DNA from: an archaeon
GTDB taxonomy: Archaea; Nanobdellota; Nanobdellia; Pacearchaeales; GW2011-AR1
Length of the DNA stretch: 53,336 bases
Assembly (NCBI GenBank): GCA_043811855.1
Contig: JBDRMT010000026.1
Span: forward strand, 1 to 53,336
Reading direction: 5' to 3'
Part shown: positions 15,970 through 24,768 of the stretch, piece after piece
How the letters are laid out: each line of letters opens with the position of its first letter
Position numbering within the stretch: position 1 is the first letter of the stretch
Translations under genes and position numbers: made by a program
Notes under the pieces: generated by a model
What the model was told of the DNA's origin: nothing
The model's input: the letters and a program-made list of their open reading frames with translations, nothing else
Database searches by the model: none

Positions 15970-17031
15970 ATGAAAACTTACAAAAATATCTATACTCAAA
16001 TTTATAATATCAGTAATTTGCTCTTTGCTTGGAGAAAAGCAAGAAAAGGAAAAACAAAAAAACCTTATGTAATTGAATTTGAAAAAGATATTATAGGAAA
16101 CTTATTCAAGATTCATAAAGAATTAAAAAATCAAACTTACAAACCCCTACCATTAGAAACATTTATTTTACGAGATCCAAAAACTCGTAAAATTTCAAAA
16201 GCAGATTTTAGAGATAGAATAGTTCATCATGCAATAATTAGAGTTTTAGAACCAATATTTGAACCAACTTTTATTTATGATTCTTGTGCAAATAGAAAGG
16301 GCAAAGGAAACTTATTTGCCTTAAAAAGATTTTATCAATTTTCAAAGAAAGTTTCTGAAAACGGAAAAACAAAAGGAATTTTTAATAATAATCAAATTAA
16401 AGGTTATTGTTTAAAAGCAGACATAAAACATTATTTTCATGAAGTTGATCATGAATCTCTTTTGAATATAATTAAAAGAAAAATATTTGATAAAAGAGTT
16501 ATTTTGTTAATTAAACAAGTCTTAAATAATATTGCGAGGGGGACGAAACAGTTCAAAATTCACAATTTTACAAAAGGCATGCCTTTAGGAAATTTAACAA
16601 GCCAGTTTTTTGCAAATATTTATTTAAATGAATTAGATTATTTTGTAAAACATGAATTAAGATGTAAGTATTATATTAGGTATGTTGATGATTTTATTTT
16701 ACTTTCTTCTTCAAAATCACAACTTGAAATTTGGAAACAAAAAATTAGTAAATTTCTTAATAAAAAATTAAAATTAGAACTTCATACAGATAAATCAAGA
16801 ATAATTTCTCTTTCAAAAGGAATTGATTTTGTTGGATTTAGAAACTTTTATTATCATAAGTTATTAAGAAAAAGAAATATTAGAAAGATGAAATATAAAA
16901 TAAGATTATTTAATAAAAAAGAGATATCTTATGAAAAATTAATTGAAAGTTTTCAGGGATGGCAAGCTTATGCAAACTGGGCAAATAGTGATAATTTAAT
17001 AAAAAAAGTTTTAAAAGAGATTAAAATATAA
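15970..17031 (+). CDS. DGR reverse transcriptase
   Basis: RT motifs are present: RDRIVHHAI, KADIKHYFHEVDH, LGNLTSQFFANIYLNELD (the DGR-type I/LGxxxSQ signature) and RYVDDFILL (the YxDD box). No maturase/X, endonuclease or intron RNA domains are evident. Confidence 0.9.
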   Translation: MKTYKNIYTQIYNISNLLFAWRKARKGKTKKPYVIEFEKDIIGNLFKIHKELKNQTYKPLPLETFILRDPKTRKISKADFRDRIVHHAIIRVLEPIFEPTFIYDSCANRKGKGNLFALKRFYQFSKKVSENGKTKGIFNNNQIKGYCLKADIKHYFHEVDHESLLNIIKRKIFDKRVILLIKQVLNNIARGTKQFKIHNFTKGMPLGNLTSQFFANIYLNELDYFVKHELRCKYYIRYVDDFILLSSSKSQLEIWKQKISKFLNKKLKLELHTDKSRIISLSKGIDFVGFRNFYYHKLLRKRNIRKMKYKIRLFNKKEISYEKLIESFQGWQAYANWANSDNLIKKVLKEIKI

Positions 17032-17050
17032 AAAATTATATAATAAAGAA

Positions 17051-17944
17051 CTACCTACGAAATTTTCTTTTTTTCTTAAATTTCCTATAAACAAACCAGG
17101 CAATAATCAAAACAATAACAATTAAAATAAAATAACCTGCAACCCCTCCATTACTTATGCCTAATTCTTTTGCAGTATACATTTCTAAGTCTAAAATAAT
17201 CTCCTTTTCATAATCATTATTTAGTGAATCTTTATAACTTATTTTTAAGGGTAATTCTACATCTTTCTTAGTATTTATTACTTTTAGTCTAAAATCTAAA
17301 CTTTCAAAATCATCACTATCTAAATCACCAACATATTGTCTTGAATTTGAGATAGTCCTATAATCAGAACTTTCTCCTAACTCAACTGTTAAAAATTTAA
17401 TATCTGCTAATCCATAATTAATAAATCTAATAGTTACATCTCCAATATTATTTCCCTGATAAATTTCTGAATTTTCAACTTCAACAAAGAATTTAGGTAC
17501 TCTTTGAACTATAATCCCAAAAGTGTCATTATCTTCTCTTTCATCACCAATATGATTAACATAATCAATAAGAATCTCTGCATTATAAATTCCTTCTTCA
17601 ACACTAGGATCATAAATTATATTATAAGTAAAAATTCTTGATTCTCCTGAAGGTAATCTTGCAACCTTTCTCCTACTAATGTCTTCATAAAAATAAATAT
17701 TATTAGGCAAATATATCTCAGTTCTTAAATCTAATATTGAAAAGTTTCCGGTATTTTCAATTTCAAGTTTTAATTCTTTTAAATTTTCTTGATCACTATC
17801 AATAATATCCACACTTTTTATAAAAACAATATGTCCAAAATTAAGTCTATATTGTCTTTCAAAATCAAGAGCATAAACAAATCCTACAATTAGTAAAGAG
17901 AATATTATTAAAACACCAAATATCATCAACTCTTTTTTTACCAT
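17051..17944 (-). CDS. secreted surface protein with C-terminal TM anchor (COG1361/CARDB-like); paralog of 13864-14739
   Basis: It has a signal/TM segment at the N-terminus, the shared VGDLDSDDFESLDF block, and a C-terminal TM segment followed by KFKKKRKFRR. Confidence 0.6.
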   Translation of the reverse strand: MVKKELMIFGVLIIFSLLIVGFVYALDFERQYRLNFGHIVFIKSVDIIDSDQENLKELKLEIENTGNFSILDLRTEIYLPNNIYFYEDISRRKVARLPSGESRIFTYNIIYDPSVEEGIYNAEILIDYVNHIGDEREDNDTFGIIVQRVPKFFVEVENSEIYQGNNIGDVTIRFINYGLADIKFLTVELGESSDYRTISNSRQYVGDLDSDDFESLDFRLKVINTKKDVELPLKISYKDSLNNDYEKEIILDLEMYTAKELGISNGGVAGYFILIVIVLIIAWFVYRKFKKKRKFRR

Positions 17945-17979
17945 GTTATAGTAATCTATATTTTCTTTTATTTAAAAAC

Positions 17980-19200
17980 TTATTCATATCTTAGTGCATC
18001 AACTGGTTTTAATTTGCTTGCTTGATAAGAAGGTAAAACTCCTGAAACTAGTCCTACAATAAACGCAAAAGCTAAACTTCCAACAATTATCCAAGGATTC
18101 ATAGAAGCTCTTAGTAAAGTAGATCCAATATAAACAAATGCAATATATTCAATAGATTTTGCAATTATTATTCCAATTACTACACCTGCTAATCCTCCTA
18201 CTAATCCTAAAATTCCAGCTTCAATAACAAATATTGATAATATATCAGAATTTTTTGCACCAATAGCTTTCATAGTTCCAATTTCTTTTCTTCTTTCTAA
18301 AACAGAAGTATACATTGTATTTGCAATTCCAATTCCTCCAACAATAACTGAAATTGATCCAATTCCCAATAAAAATGCAGTTAAAATATTTAAAATATTA
18401 TTAAAAGTACCTAAAAGTTCTTCAGGTGTAAGAACTGTAAAATCCATTGTTTCTTCTTTAACATCTCTAAACTTCATTAATTTTCTTTCAGCTCTTTCTG
18501 CAACTTCATTCATATCTTCTCCTTTTTTAATTTGTGCATAAATAAAATCAACTCTTTCTCCAGAATTAAATAAGCCTTGAAAATCTTTATAAGAAATATA
18601 AACTTGTTGATCATCTTGAGGATTTCCAACAGCATCTAAAACTCCAACAACTTCAAATTCAACATCATTTATAATAATGATATCTCCAGCTGAAACAGGT
18701 TTATCAAATATTTTTCTATATTTATAATTATAACCTATTGCAGCTTTTCCAGATTCTCCTTCCCTTATGAATCTTCCATCTTCCATATCAAGCCCTGTAG
18801 ATTCAAAAACCAAATCTAATTTATCTCCTTCAGTAGGTAAACCCATTACTGAAAAATATCTTGTTTGGTCCTTAAATTCAAATTTTGCATTTCCCATAGT
18901 AAAATAAGTAACTCCCTCAACACCCTTTACTTTTTCAATAATATCAACATCATCTAAAGTTAATTCAACAGCATTTCCAGTTGAACCAGGAGCTCCTGCC
19001 TGCCCTTTAGGTTGTATAAAAAACTTATCTGTTCCTAATAATTCAAACTGTTCATTAACAAACTCATTTAAACCTAAAGATAAACTTAATAAAACAAAAA
19101 TAGTTAAAATTGCTAAAAATATTCCTAATAATGTTAAAATACTTCTAGCTTTTCTTTGCAATAAACTTCTATAAGCTATTTTAAAATAATCTTGTATCAT
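17980..19200 (-). CDS. ABC transporter permease, MacB/FtsX family
   Basis: It has an N-terminal TM segment, a large periplasmic-type domain, and an FtsX C-terminal 3-TM block (GIANTMYTSVLERRKEIGTMKAIGAKNSDI). It ends ...YQASKLKPVDALRYE. Confidence 0.85.
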   Translation of the reverse strand: MIQDYFKIAYRSLLQRKARSILTLLGIFLAILTIFVLLSLSLGLNEFVNEQFELLGTDKFFIQPKGQAGAPGSTGNAVELTLDDVDIIEKVKGVEGVTYFTMGNAKFEFKDQTRYFSVMGLPTEGDKLDLVFESTGLDMEDGRFIREGESGKAAIGYNYKYRKIFDKPVSAGDIIIINDVEFEVVGVLDAVGNPQDDQQVYISYKDFQGLFNSGERVDFIYAQIKKGEDMNEVAERAERKLMKFRDVKEETMDFTVLTPEELLGTFNNILNILTAFLLGIGSISVIVGGIGIANTMYTSVLERRKEIGTMKAIGAKNSDILSIFVIEAGILGLVGGLAGVVIGIIIAKSIEYIAFVYIGSTLLRASMNPWIIVGSLAFAFIVGLVSGVLPSYQASKLKPVDALRYE

Positions 19201-20414
19201 GATCTCAATGCATCAACTGGCTTTAATTTACTTGCTTGATAAGAAGGAATTAATCCTGAAAAAACTCCAATTAAAAAAGAAAAAATTACCATTGAAACAA
19301 TGAATAAAATAGAAATATTAACTCTTATGATTTCATTTCCAAAAAAACTATTTGCAGCTCCTGCAGCACCTAAAGATAATAAAGTTCCTATTAAGACTCC
19401 AATTACCCCTCCTACAAAACCCATTAATCCTGATTCAATAACAAATATTGATAATATATCAGAATTTTTTGCACCAATTGCTTTCATAGTTCCAATTTCT
19501 TTTCTTCTTTCTAAAACAGAAGTATACATTGTATTTGCAATTCCAATTCCTCCAACAATTAAAGATATCATTGCAATACCAATAACAACTAAATTAACAG
19601 AAAAAAGAATATCTCTTACAGCACCAATAGCTTCTAAAGGTGTTTCAACAGAAAAATCTTCTTCACCTTCATCTAAATTTCTATCGTTTCTTAAAGCTTT
19701 TTCAATTCTTTGTCCAACTTCTTCAATTTCATCAGGATTTTCAACCTGAGCAACAATTAAATCAATTTCATCATCAATATCTAACAAATCTTTCATATCA
19801 TCATTTAACATTACAATAACGTCATTAGTCTGAAAACTACTGCCTTTTTTCAAAATACCAATAACCTCAAAATTTTCTCCTTGTATCTTTAAATTTTTTC
19901 CAACCTCTATTTCTTTACCAAAAGTTGTTTCTTTTGCAATATTTTGACCAATAACAATCTTTCCATTATCTCCTTGTTTTAATAATCTTCCTTCTTCAGC
20001 AACTAAATCTCCTGCACCATAAACCACATCCATCTGTTCTTCTTCTTCAGGAATATCTCCAATATAATTAAAACTAGCAACTTTGTTATACTCAACCTTA
20101 ACAACCCTAATCAATCGTTGAACAACTACATCAACCCCCCTTACACTTTCAATAACTTCTACATCATGTTCATTTAGTTTTTCAACAACAGTACTTCCAG
20201 GAGGTCCAAATCCTGTTCCTGCATTTTGAATAGTTAATTTATCTGTTGAAAGTGTTGCAAATTGAGCAGTAACTGCATCCTGAAGCCCTTGCCCCAACCC
20301 TACAAGAGCAACAACAGCAGCAATCCCAATAAAAATACCCAACATTGTTAACCAGCTTCTTAACTTCCTTCGCCTTAGATTATTTGTAGCTAGTTTAAAA
20401 AAATCTATTATCAT
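19197..20414 (-). CDS. ABC transporter permease, MacB/FtsX family (paralog)
   Basis: It has the same architecture and an identical GIANTMYTSVLERRKEIGTMKAIGAKNSDILSIFVIE block. It overlaps the downstream permease by 4 nt. Confidence 0.85.
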   Translation of the reverse strand: MIIDFFKLATNNLRRRKLRSWLTMLGIFIGIAAVVALVGLGQGLQDAVTAQFATLSTDKLTIQNAGTGFGPPGSTVVEKLNEHDVEVIESVRGVDVVVQRLIRVVKVEYNKVASFNYIGDIPEEEEQMDVVYGAGDLVAEEGRLLKQGDNGKIVIGQNIAKETTFGKEIEVGKNLKIQGENFEVIGILKKGSSFQTNDVIVMLNDDMKDLLDIDDEIDLIVAQVENPDEIEEVGQRIEKALRNDRNLDEGEEDFSVETPLEAIGAVRDILFSVNLVVIGIAMISLIVGGIGIANTMYTSVLERRKEIGTMKAIGAKNSDILSIFVIESGLMGFVGGVIGVLIGTLLSLGAAGAANSFFGNEIIRVNISILFIVSMVIFSFLIGVFSGLIPSYQASKLKPVDALRS

Positions 20415-20533
20415 TTTGCAAAATCTCCGTATTTTGTGAAATTCAAAACCTACAAAAGGTTTTGTTATAAAATATAATCAGAACCAGAGTTTATATGTTT
20501 TATTGAAAAATAAATTAACTATGAGGTTTTTTA

Positions 20534-21217
20534 CTAATTTTTACTAAGTGTATGAGGAACTCCTTTTAAGGTTTGTCTAATAAAACTCATTTCTTCTTCA
20601 CTTTTTGAATCTGTAAAAAGATTATATAAACTAGTAATACCTGAAAGATAATGGCCAAGAACTCTTTGACCGTAATTTATCCTAACTTCATATTTTCCTT
20701 CTTGAAGAGCTTTTAAACTTTGATGATTTGCATCAAGTTCTACAATATTATGAGCAGTAATAGGACGAATCTTATTTTCTATCCATGCATCTCTGAATTG
20801 AACAGTATCAAAATAAGGAATTCCTATTGCAACTTGTCTAAAATGAGTTCCCTCATGTTCTCTTAATAAGTGTCTTATTTCACCTTCTGTATAATTTTTA
20901 GAAAATAACCTCGTACCAACAAATAAAGGAGGTTTATTTCCAGAACCTAATAAATAAGATGCTGTTGGAAATCCTGCTATTGAATTAGAAAAACTTCTTT
21001 GCATTAAAGGTTGATTAACAACCTGAGAAGCTATTTCTTCAGAAGCACCTAATCCTCTTAATTGCTCTTCAAACCATTCCTTAGCTAATTTTCCATCTGG
21101 ATCATAACAAATACCTTCACAATAAGGAATTGGTTCTGATAAAAGCTCTGCTAAGAATCTAGGCCTTTTAGATTCATCAATTTTTGCTTCTTCTAGACTT
21201 ATTTTTTGATTAACCAT
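20534..21217 (-). CDS. hypothetical protein with HExxH motif (possible zinc metallopeptidase)
   Basis: The sequence LLREHEGTHFRQ contains H-E-G-T-H. Composition is Lys-poor and atypical for this window. The start at 21217 (MVNQKIS) overlaps the upstream gene by 8 nt; the track start is 21271. Confidence 0.4.
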   Translation of the reverse strand: MVNQKISLEEAKIDESKRPRFLAELLSEPIPYCEGICYDPDGKLAKEWFEEQLRGLGASEEIASQVVNQPLMQRSFSNSIAGFPTASYLLGSGNKPPLFVGTRLFSKNYTEGEIRHLLREHEGTHFRQVAIGIPYFDTVQFRDAWIENKIRPITAHNIVELDANHQSLKALQEGKYEVRINYGQRVLGHYLSGITSLYNLFTDSKSEEEMSFIRQTLKGVPHTLSKN

Positions 21218-21620
21218 TTGTTTTAAGTTTCCATTCTGGAATAATTTCTTGCATTCTTGAAATATGATCACTGTTTATTCCAATTGAGTAATGTTTACTT
21301 GATCTTGAAAAAACTGCCACTTTATCCGCCGTTTGAACATCTGCATAACCCATGCCAACAGCTTGATATCTTGTTCCAGTAGGGCTTGGAATCTCAGTTC
21401 GGACTCTTGTTTCTCCCATTCCAACATTTCCATCAGGATGACTATCCCCTACAATTAATTCATATTCAATGCCTAGCCCATCTAACGTGTCTTTTAGTAT
21501 ATTTGCATGTAAAACTCCTCTACCTAACCTCAAACAGGAATCTCCATCTATCTCCATCTGTACTACCTTGTATAACCCATCTTCTTGAGGCCAATTTACT
21601 AAAGAGATTTTTTCTTCCAT
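21210..21620 (-). CDS. hypothetical protein (compositionally atypical)
   Basis: 136-codon ORF, G/D/V/R-rich. No motif recognised. Confidence 0.45.
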   Translation of the reverse strand: MEEKISLVNWPQEDGLYKVVQMEIDGDSCLRLGRGVLHANILKDTLDGLGIEYELIVGDSHPDGNVGMGETRVRTEIPSPTGTRYQAVGMGYADVQTADKVAVFSRSSKHYSIGINSDHISRMQEIIPEWKLKTNG

Positions 21621-21698
21621 AACTAATGTAGAAATAATTACCCTTATAAATCTTTCTATTAGTTACCACTAAAAAGTAACATATAATATTAAGAAGTC

Positions 21699-22388
21699 TT
21701 ACTTATTAACAATCTTTCCATCTCTTAAATGATAAATCTTATTAGCATGTTTAGCAACATACATATCATGAGTAACTAAAATAATTGTTTTTCCTTCATC
21801 ATTTAGCTTATTAAGCATTTTTGCAACTTCTTCTCCTCTTTTGGAATCTAAATTTCCAGTAGGTTCATCAGCTAAAATAACTTCAGGATCATTTGCAAGT
21901 GCACGAGCAACAGCAACTCTTTGCCTTTCCCCTCCTGATAATTCACCAGGAAGATGAGTTAATCTATGACCCATTCCTAATTTTTCTAATAATTCTTTTG
22001 CTTTTTCTTTTCTTTCTTCACCACCAACCCCTTGAAAAATCATAGGTAACATTACATTTTCTAATGCATTTAATGTAGGTATTAAATTAAAAGTTTGAAA
22101 AACAAAACCTATTTTTCTACCTCTTATTTGTGCTAATTCTGATTCTCCTAAATGTTCAATATTAATATTATCTAAAAAAATATCTCCTTTGGTTGCAAAG
22201 TCCAAAGCACCAACAAGATTCATCATTGTACTTTTTCCACTTCCACTTGGACCAACAATAGCAATAAAATCTCCTTTTTTAACTGTAATATCCACATCAT
22301 CAACAGCCTTTATAGTTTCATCACCTAAAAAATAACATTTATCAACTTTTCTTAATTTAATTATTTCATTATTTTTTTCTTTTACCAT
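21699..22388 (-). CDS. ABC transporter ATP-binding protein (MacB/LolD-like)
   Basis: Motifs: Walker A GPSGSGKST, Q-loop, signature LSGGERQRVAVARAL, Walker B ILADEPTGNLD, and the H-loop VTHD. Confidence 0.95.
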   Translation of the reverse strand: MVKEKNNEIIKLRKVDKCYFLGDETIKAVDDVDITVKKGDFIAIVGPSGSGKSTMMNLVGALDFATKGDIFLDNINIEHLGESELAQIRGRKIGFVFQTFNLIPTLNALENVMLPMIFQGVGGEERKEKAKELLEKLGMGHRLTHLPGELSGGERQRVAVARALANDPEVILADEPTGNLDSKRGEEVAKMLNKLNDEGKTIILVTHDMYVAKHANKIYHLRDGKIVNK

Positions 22389-22438
22389 TATATATAATAA
22401 ATAAAAGAGTATTTATAATTAATTATTATAATAAGAAA

Positions 22439-23476
22439 TCATCTACAACTGCAATCAGTGACTATTTCTCTTTCTCTAATGGGTTCAAAACCTCTATGAA
22501 AAGGCATAGGTCCAACAAATCTTGTATTATCTTTTTCTTTTATTTCAAAAGGTGTAAGTCCAACAAATCTTCCATTAACATATGCAACAGCAATATAATC
22601 TCTAACTCCTCCATTTCTTTGACGAAGAAGATAATCTCCAATATCATCAGATTTAAATGTAAGACTGCCTCCCCCTATAGTTGAAGTAGTTCTATAAACA
22701 TTCCTTCCATCAGTATTAAAGACTCTTAAATCAAGCCTTTTTCCTTCCTGGTCTGGAAGAGAAGTTGATGCCATTACTCTTAAAGGTTCTCCAGGAAAAA
22801 ACCTATCATCTAAACCTTGAAAATCTTCAGGATAATTAATAACTCCATCGTTTTGTAGATTATGCATATCATTTGCAGTAAATAAATTAAATCCAGGAAT
22901 AGAATAACTATGTTTTTCTCCTGGTTTTATTCCTGAATTCATACCATTTACATCAATTTCAACCTTGCCAGCAAGTTTTCCATTAAGAGTAGCATACAAT
23001 GTAAAGGGTCCCGTCCTTTCTCCACTTAATCCTAATAATACAGGCATAACATTCTGTTGAATTACCCTAAGATCATCACCTGCTAAATGATAAGGTCGAC
23101 TCCTTTCTGGGATTAGACTTTTTCTTTCTCCCCTATGTAAAGCATATAATCCTAATATTTTTCCATTAGACTCTCCTGATAAACAAAGGACAGTAAGAGC
23201 TTCATCAACTCTAAATTCATTTTTAATTCCTACAGCTTCATGAGGATAATTTACTCTATGATCTCCATTAAAATCAAACACATTATTGCAAGCAACCACA
23301 TGAAAACTAGGACTTATAAGATTAAAATCAGGTTCAGGTAAAGGAGTAAATTCAGGAATAGGAACTATATCTGGAATTGTTTGAGGTCCAACTCGAGGTT
23401 GTTGTGCATTTGCAAAAGAAGGTAGTACTAATGCAACTAACCCCCCAGAACCTTTTAAAAAATCTCTTCTATTCAT
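22439..23476 (-). CDS. secreted protein with twin-arginine (Tat) signal peptide and an internal two-domain duplication
   Basis: The N-terminus MNRRDFLKGSGGLVALVLPSFANAQ is Tat-like. There are two related modules (...NGDHRVNYPHEAVGIKNEFRVDEALTV... and ...NDGVINYPEDFQGLDDRFFPGEPLRV...). Composition is Lys-poor. Confidence 0.55.
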   Translation of the reverse strand: MNRRDFLKGSGGLVALVLPSFANAQQPRVGPQTIPDIVPIPEFTPLPEPDFNLISPSFHVVACNNVFDFNGDHRVNYPHEAVGIKNEFRVDEALTVLCLSGESNGKILGLYALHRGERKSLIPERSRPYHLAGDDLRVIQQNVMPVLLGLSGERTGPFTLYATLNGKLAGKVEIDVNGMNSGIKPGEKHSYSIPGFNLFTANDMHNLQNDGVINYPEDFQGLDDRFFPGEPLRVMASTSLPDQEGKRLDLRVFNTDGRNVYRTTSTIGGGSLTFKSDDIGDYLLRQRNGGVRDYIAVAYVNGRFVGLTPFEIKEKDNTRFVGPMPFHRGFEPIREREIVTDCSCR

Positions 23477-23535
23477 TAAAATTATTAACCTTAAATCTAT
23501 TTAAATCTATGTTACCATTTTTTTCTGATGAAAGA

Positions 23536-24471
23536 TTATAAGTCTTTCATTAGCCTTTCAATTTCTTCCCAAGTTTTAAATTTATTTAACTCTCTTCTTA
23601 ACTTACTACTTCCACTTAAACCCTTTGTAAATTCTTGTGCTTTTAATTTAGCATCAACTAAACTAAAAATTTTATATTTTTTACATAACTTAATATATTC
23701 AAAATAATCTGCAATCTTCTCTTTTTTAATTTGGAAAACTTGATTTCCTTTTAAGTACTCATTAATCTCTTTAAAAATAAATGGATTACCAATTGCAGCT
23801 CTTCCAATCATTACATAATCACAACCAGTTTCATCCAACATATCCTTAGCATCTTTTCCATTCCAAACATCTCCATTTCCTATAATTGGAATTTTAACAG
23901 CTTGCTTTACTTTTTTTATAATATTCCAATCTGCTTTTCCACTATAACCTTGTTCAACAGTTCTTGCATGAACAATAACAGCACTTACTCCTGCACTTTC
24001 ACAAATCTTTGCAATTTCAACAGCATTTTCTTTTTTATTAATTCCAGTTCTAATCTTTACAGTAATGGGAATCTTAACAGCCCTAACTAGTTCCTCAACT
24101 ATTTCTTTAATTTTATTTTTTCTTTTTAATAAAGCTCCTCCACTTCCTTGAGACATAATTTTTTTTGAAGGACAACCTAAATTAAAATCAATTATATTAA
24201 AATTCTTTTCCAAGATATTTGCTGCTTTAATAATGTTTTCAACATTCTGACCAAAAATTTGAGCAACAACAGGTTTTTCTTTTTTATTTGTTAAAGCTAG
24301 ATTCATAACAGATTTATTTTTCTTAGCAATAGCATTTGCAGAAAGTAACTCAGTACTAGCTAAACCTGCTCCATATTTTTTACATAATAATCTAAAAGCT
24401 AAATTAGTAATATTATGCATAGGAGCTAAAATCACTTTTGACTTAAGTTTAGGAAATTCTTTGTTTACCAT
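23536..24471 (-). CDS. dus: tRNA-dihydrouridine synthase
   Basis: Motifs LAPMHNITNLAFR, IDFNLGCPSKK, VKIRTG, VHARTVEQGYSGKADW, MIGRAAIGNPFIF. Confidence 0.9.
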   Translation of the reverse strand: MVNKEFPKLKSKVILAPMHNITNLAFRLLCKKYGAGLASTELLSANAIAKKNKSVMNLALTNKKEKPVVAQIFGQNVENIIKAANILEKNFNIIDFNLGCPSKKIMSQGSGGALLKRKNKIKEIVEELVRAVKIPITVKIRTGINKKENAVEIAKICESAGVSAVIVHARTVEQGYSGKADWNIIKKVKQAVKIPIIGNGDVWNGKDAKDMLDETGCDYVMIGRAAIGNPFIFKEINEYLKGNQVFQIKKEKIADYFEYIKLCKKYKIFSLVDAKLKAQEFTKGLSGSSKLRRELNKFKTWEEIERLMKDL

Positions 24472-24504
24472 ATATTTTATATATTATCCTACCTTTAAAA
24501 TCTT

Positions 24505-24768
24505 ATGAAATCAAAAAAACTATCAAAACAAGAGATTCAAGAGCAAATAAAAGAGATTTTTTCAAAAAAACCTAATCAAAAAGAAATTAAAAAAGCTAAA
24601 AAACTAGCAATGTCAAAAAACATAAAATTAGGTTCTTTAAAGAAAATGTTTTGTAAAAAATGTTTCACTTTCTTTACACATAATAATTCTCAAATAAAAA
24701 TTAAAAAACCTTTTAAGATAATTAAATGTAAAGAATGCGGTTATGTTAGTAAGTATAAATTATCTTAA
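24505..24768 (+). CDS. rnp4: RNase P protein component 4 (Rpp21/Rnp4)
   Basis: The N-terminus is basic. The zinc ribbon is FCKKCFTFF...IKCKECGY. Confidence 0.75.
   Translation: MKSKKLSKQEIQEQIKEIFSKKPNQKEIKKAKKLAMSKNIKLGSLKKMFCKKCFTFFTHNNSQIKIKKPFKIIKCKECGYVSKYKLS

Larger units (their letters stand above)
14883..17031 (+). mobile_element. diversity-generating retroelement cassette: target gene (VR) - TR - RT
   Basis: The VR/TR pair shows adenine-specific mismatches and is followed by a DGR-signature RT. See the component features and finding 1. Confidence 0.9.

Noticed and set aside
15970-17031. RT ORF considered as a group II intron maturase or a retron RT.
   Set aside because: There is no X/maturase or endonuclease domain and no intron RNA domain V/VI-like structure nearby. 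There is no msr/msd-like inverted repeat. It has the I/LGxxxSQ motif and an adjacent TR/VR pair, which fit a DGR.
19300-19749. A 149-codon plus-strand ORF, plus similar antisense or alternate-frame ORFs in the track: 1803-2042, 5104-5307, 5461-5658, 7156-7395, 8494-8823, 21386-21622, 22496-22684, 23902-24090, 25859-26065, 28418-28666, 30026-30379, 32676-32897, 44828-45058, 48340-48615, 48379-48612, 49441-49710 and 52888-53076.
   Set aside because: Each lies entirely inside a well-supported gene on the other strand or in another frame, and each has low-complexity or implausible composition. They are treated as shadow ORFs.
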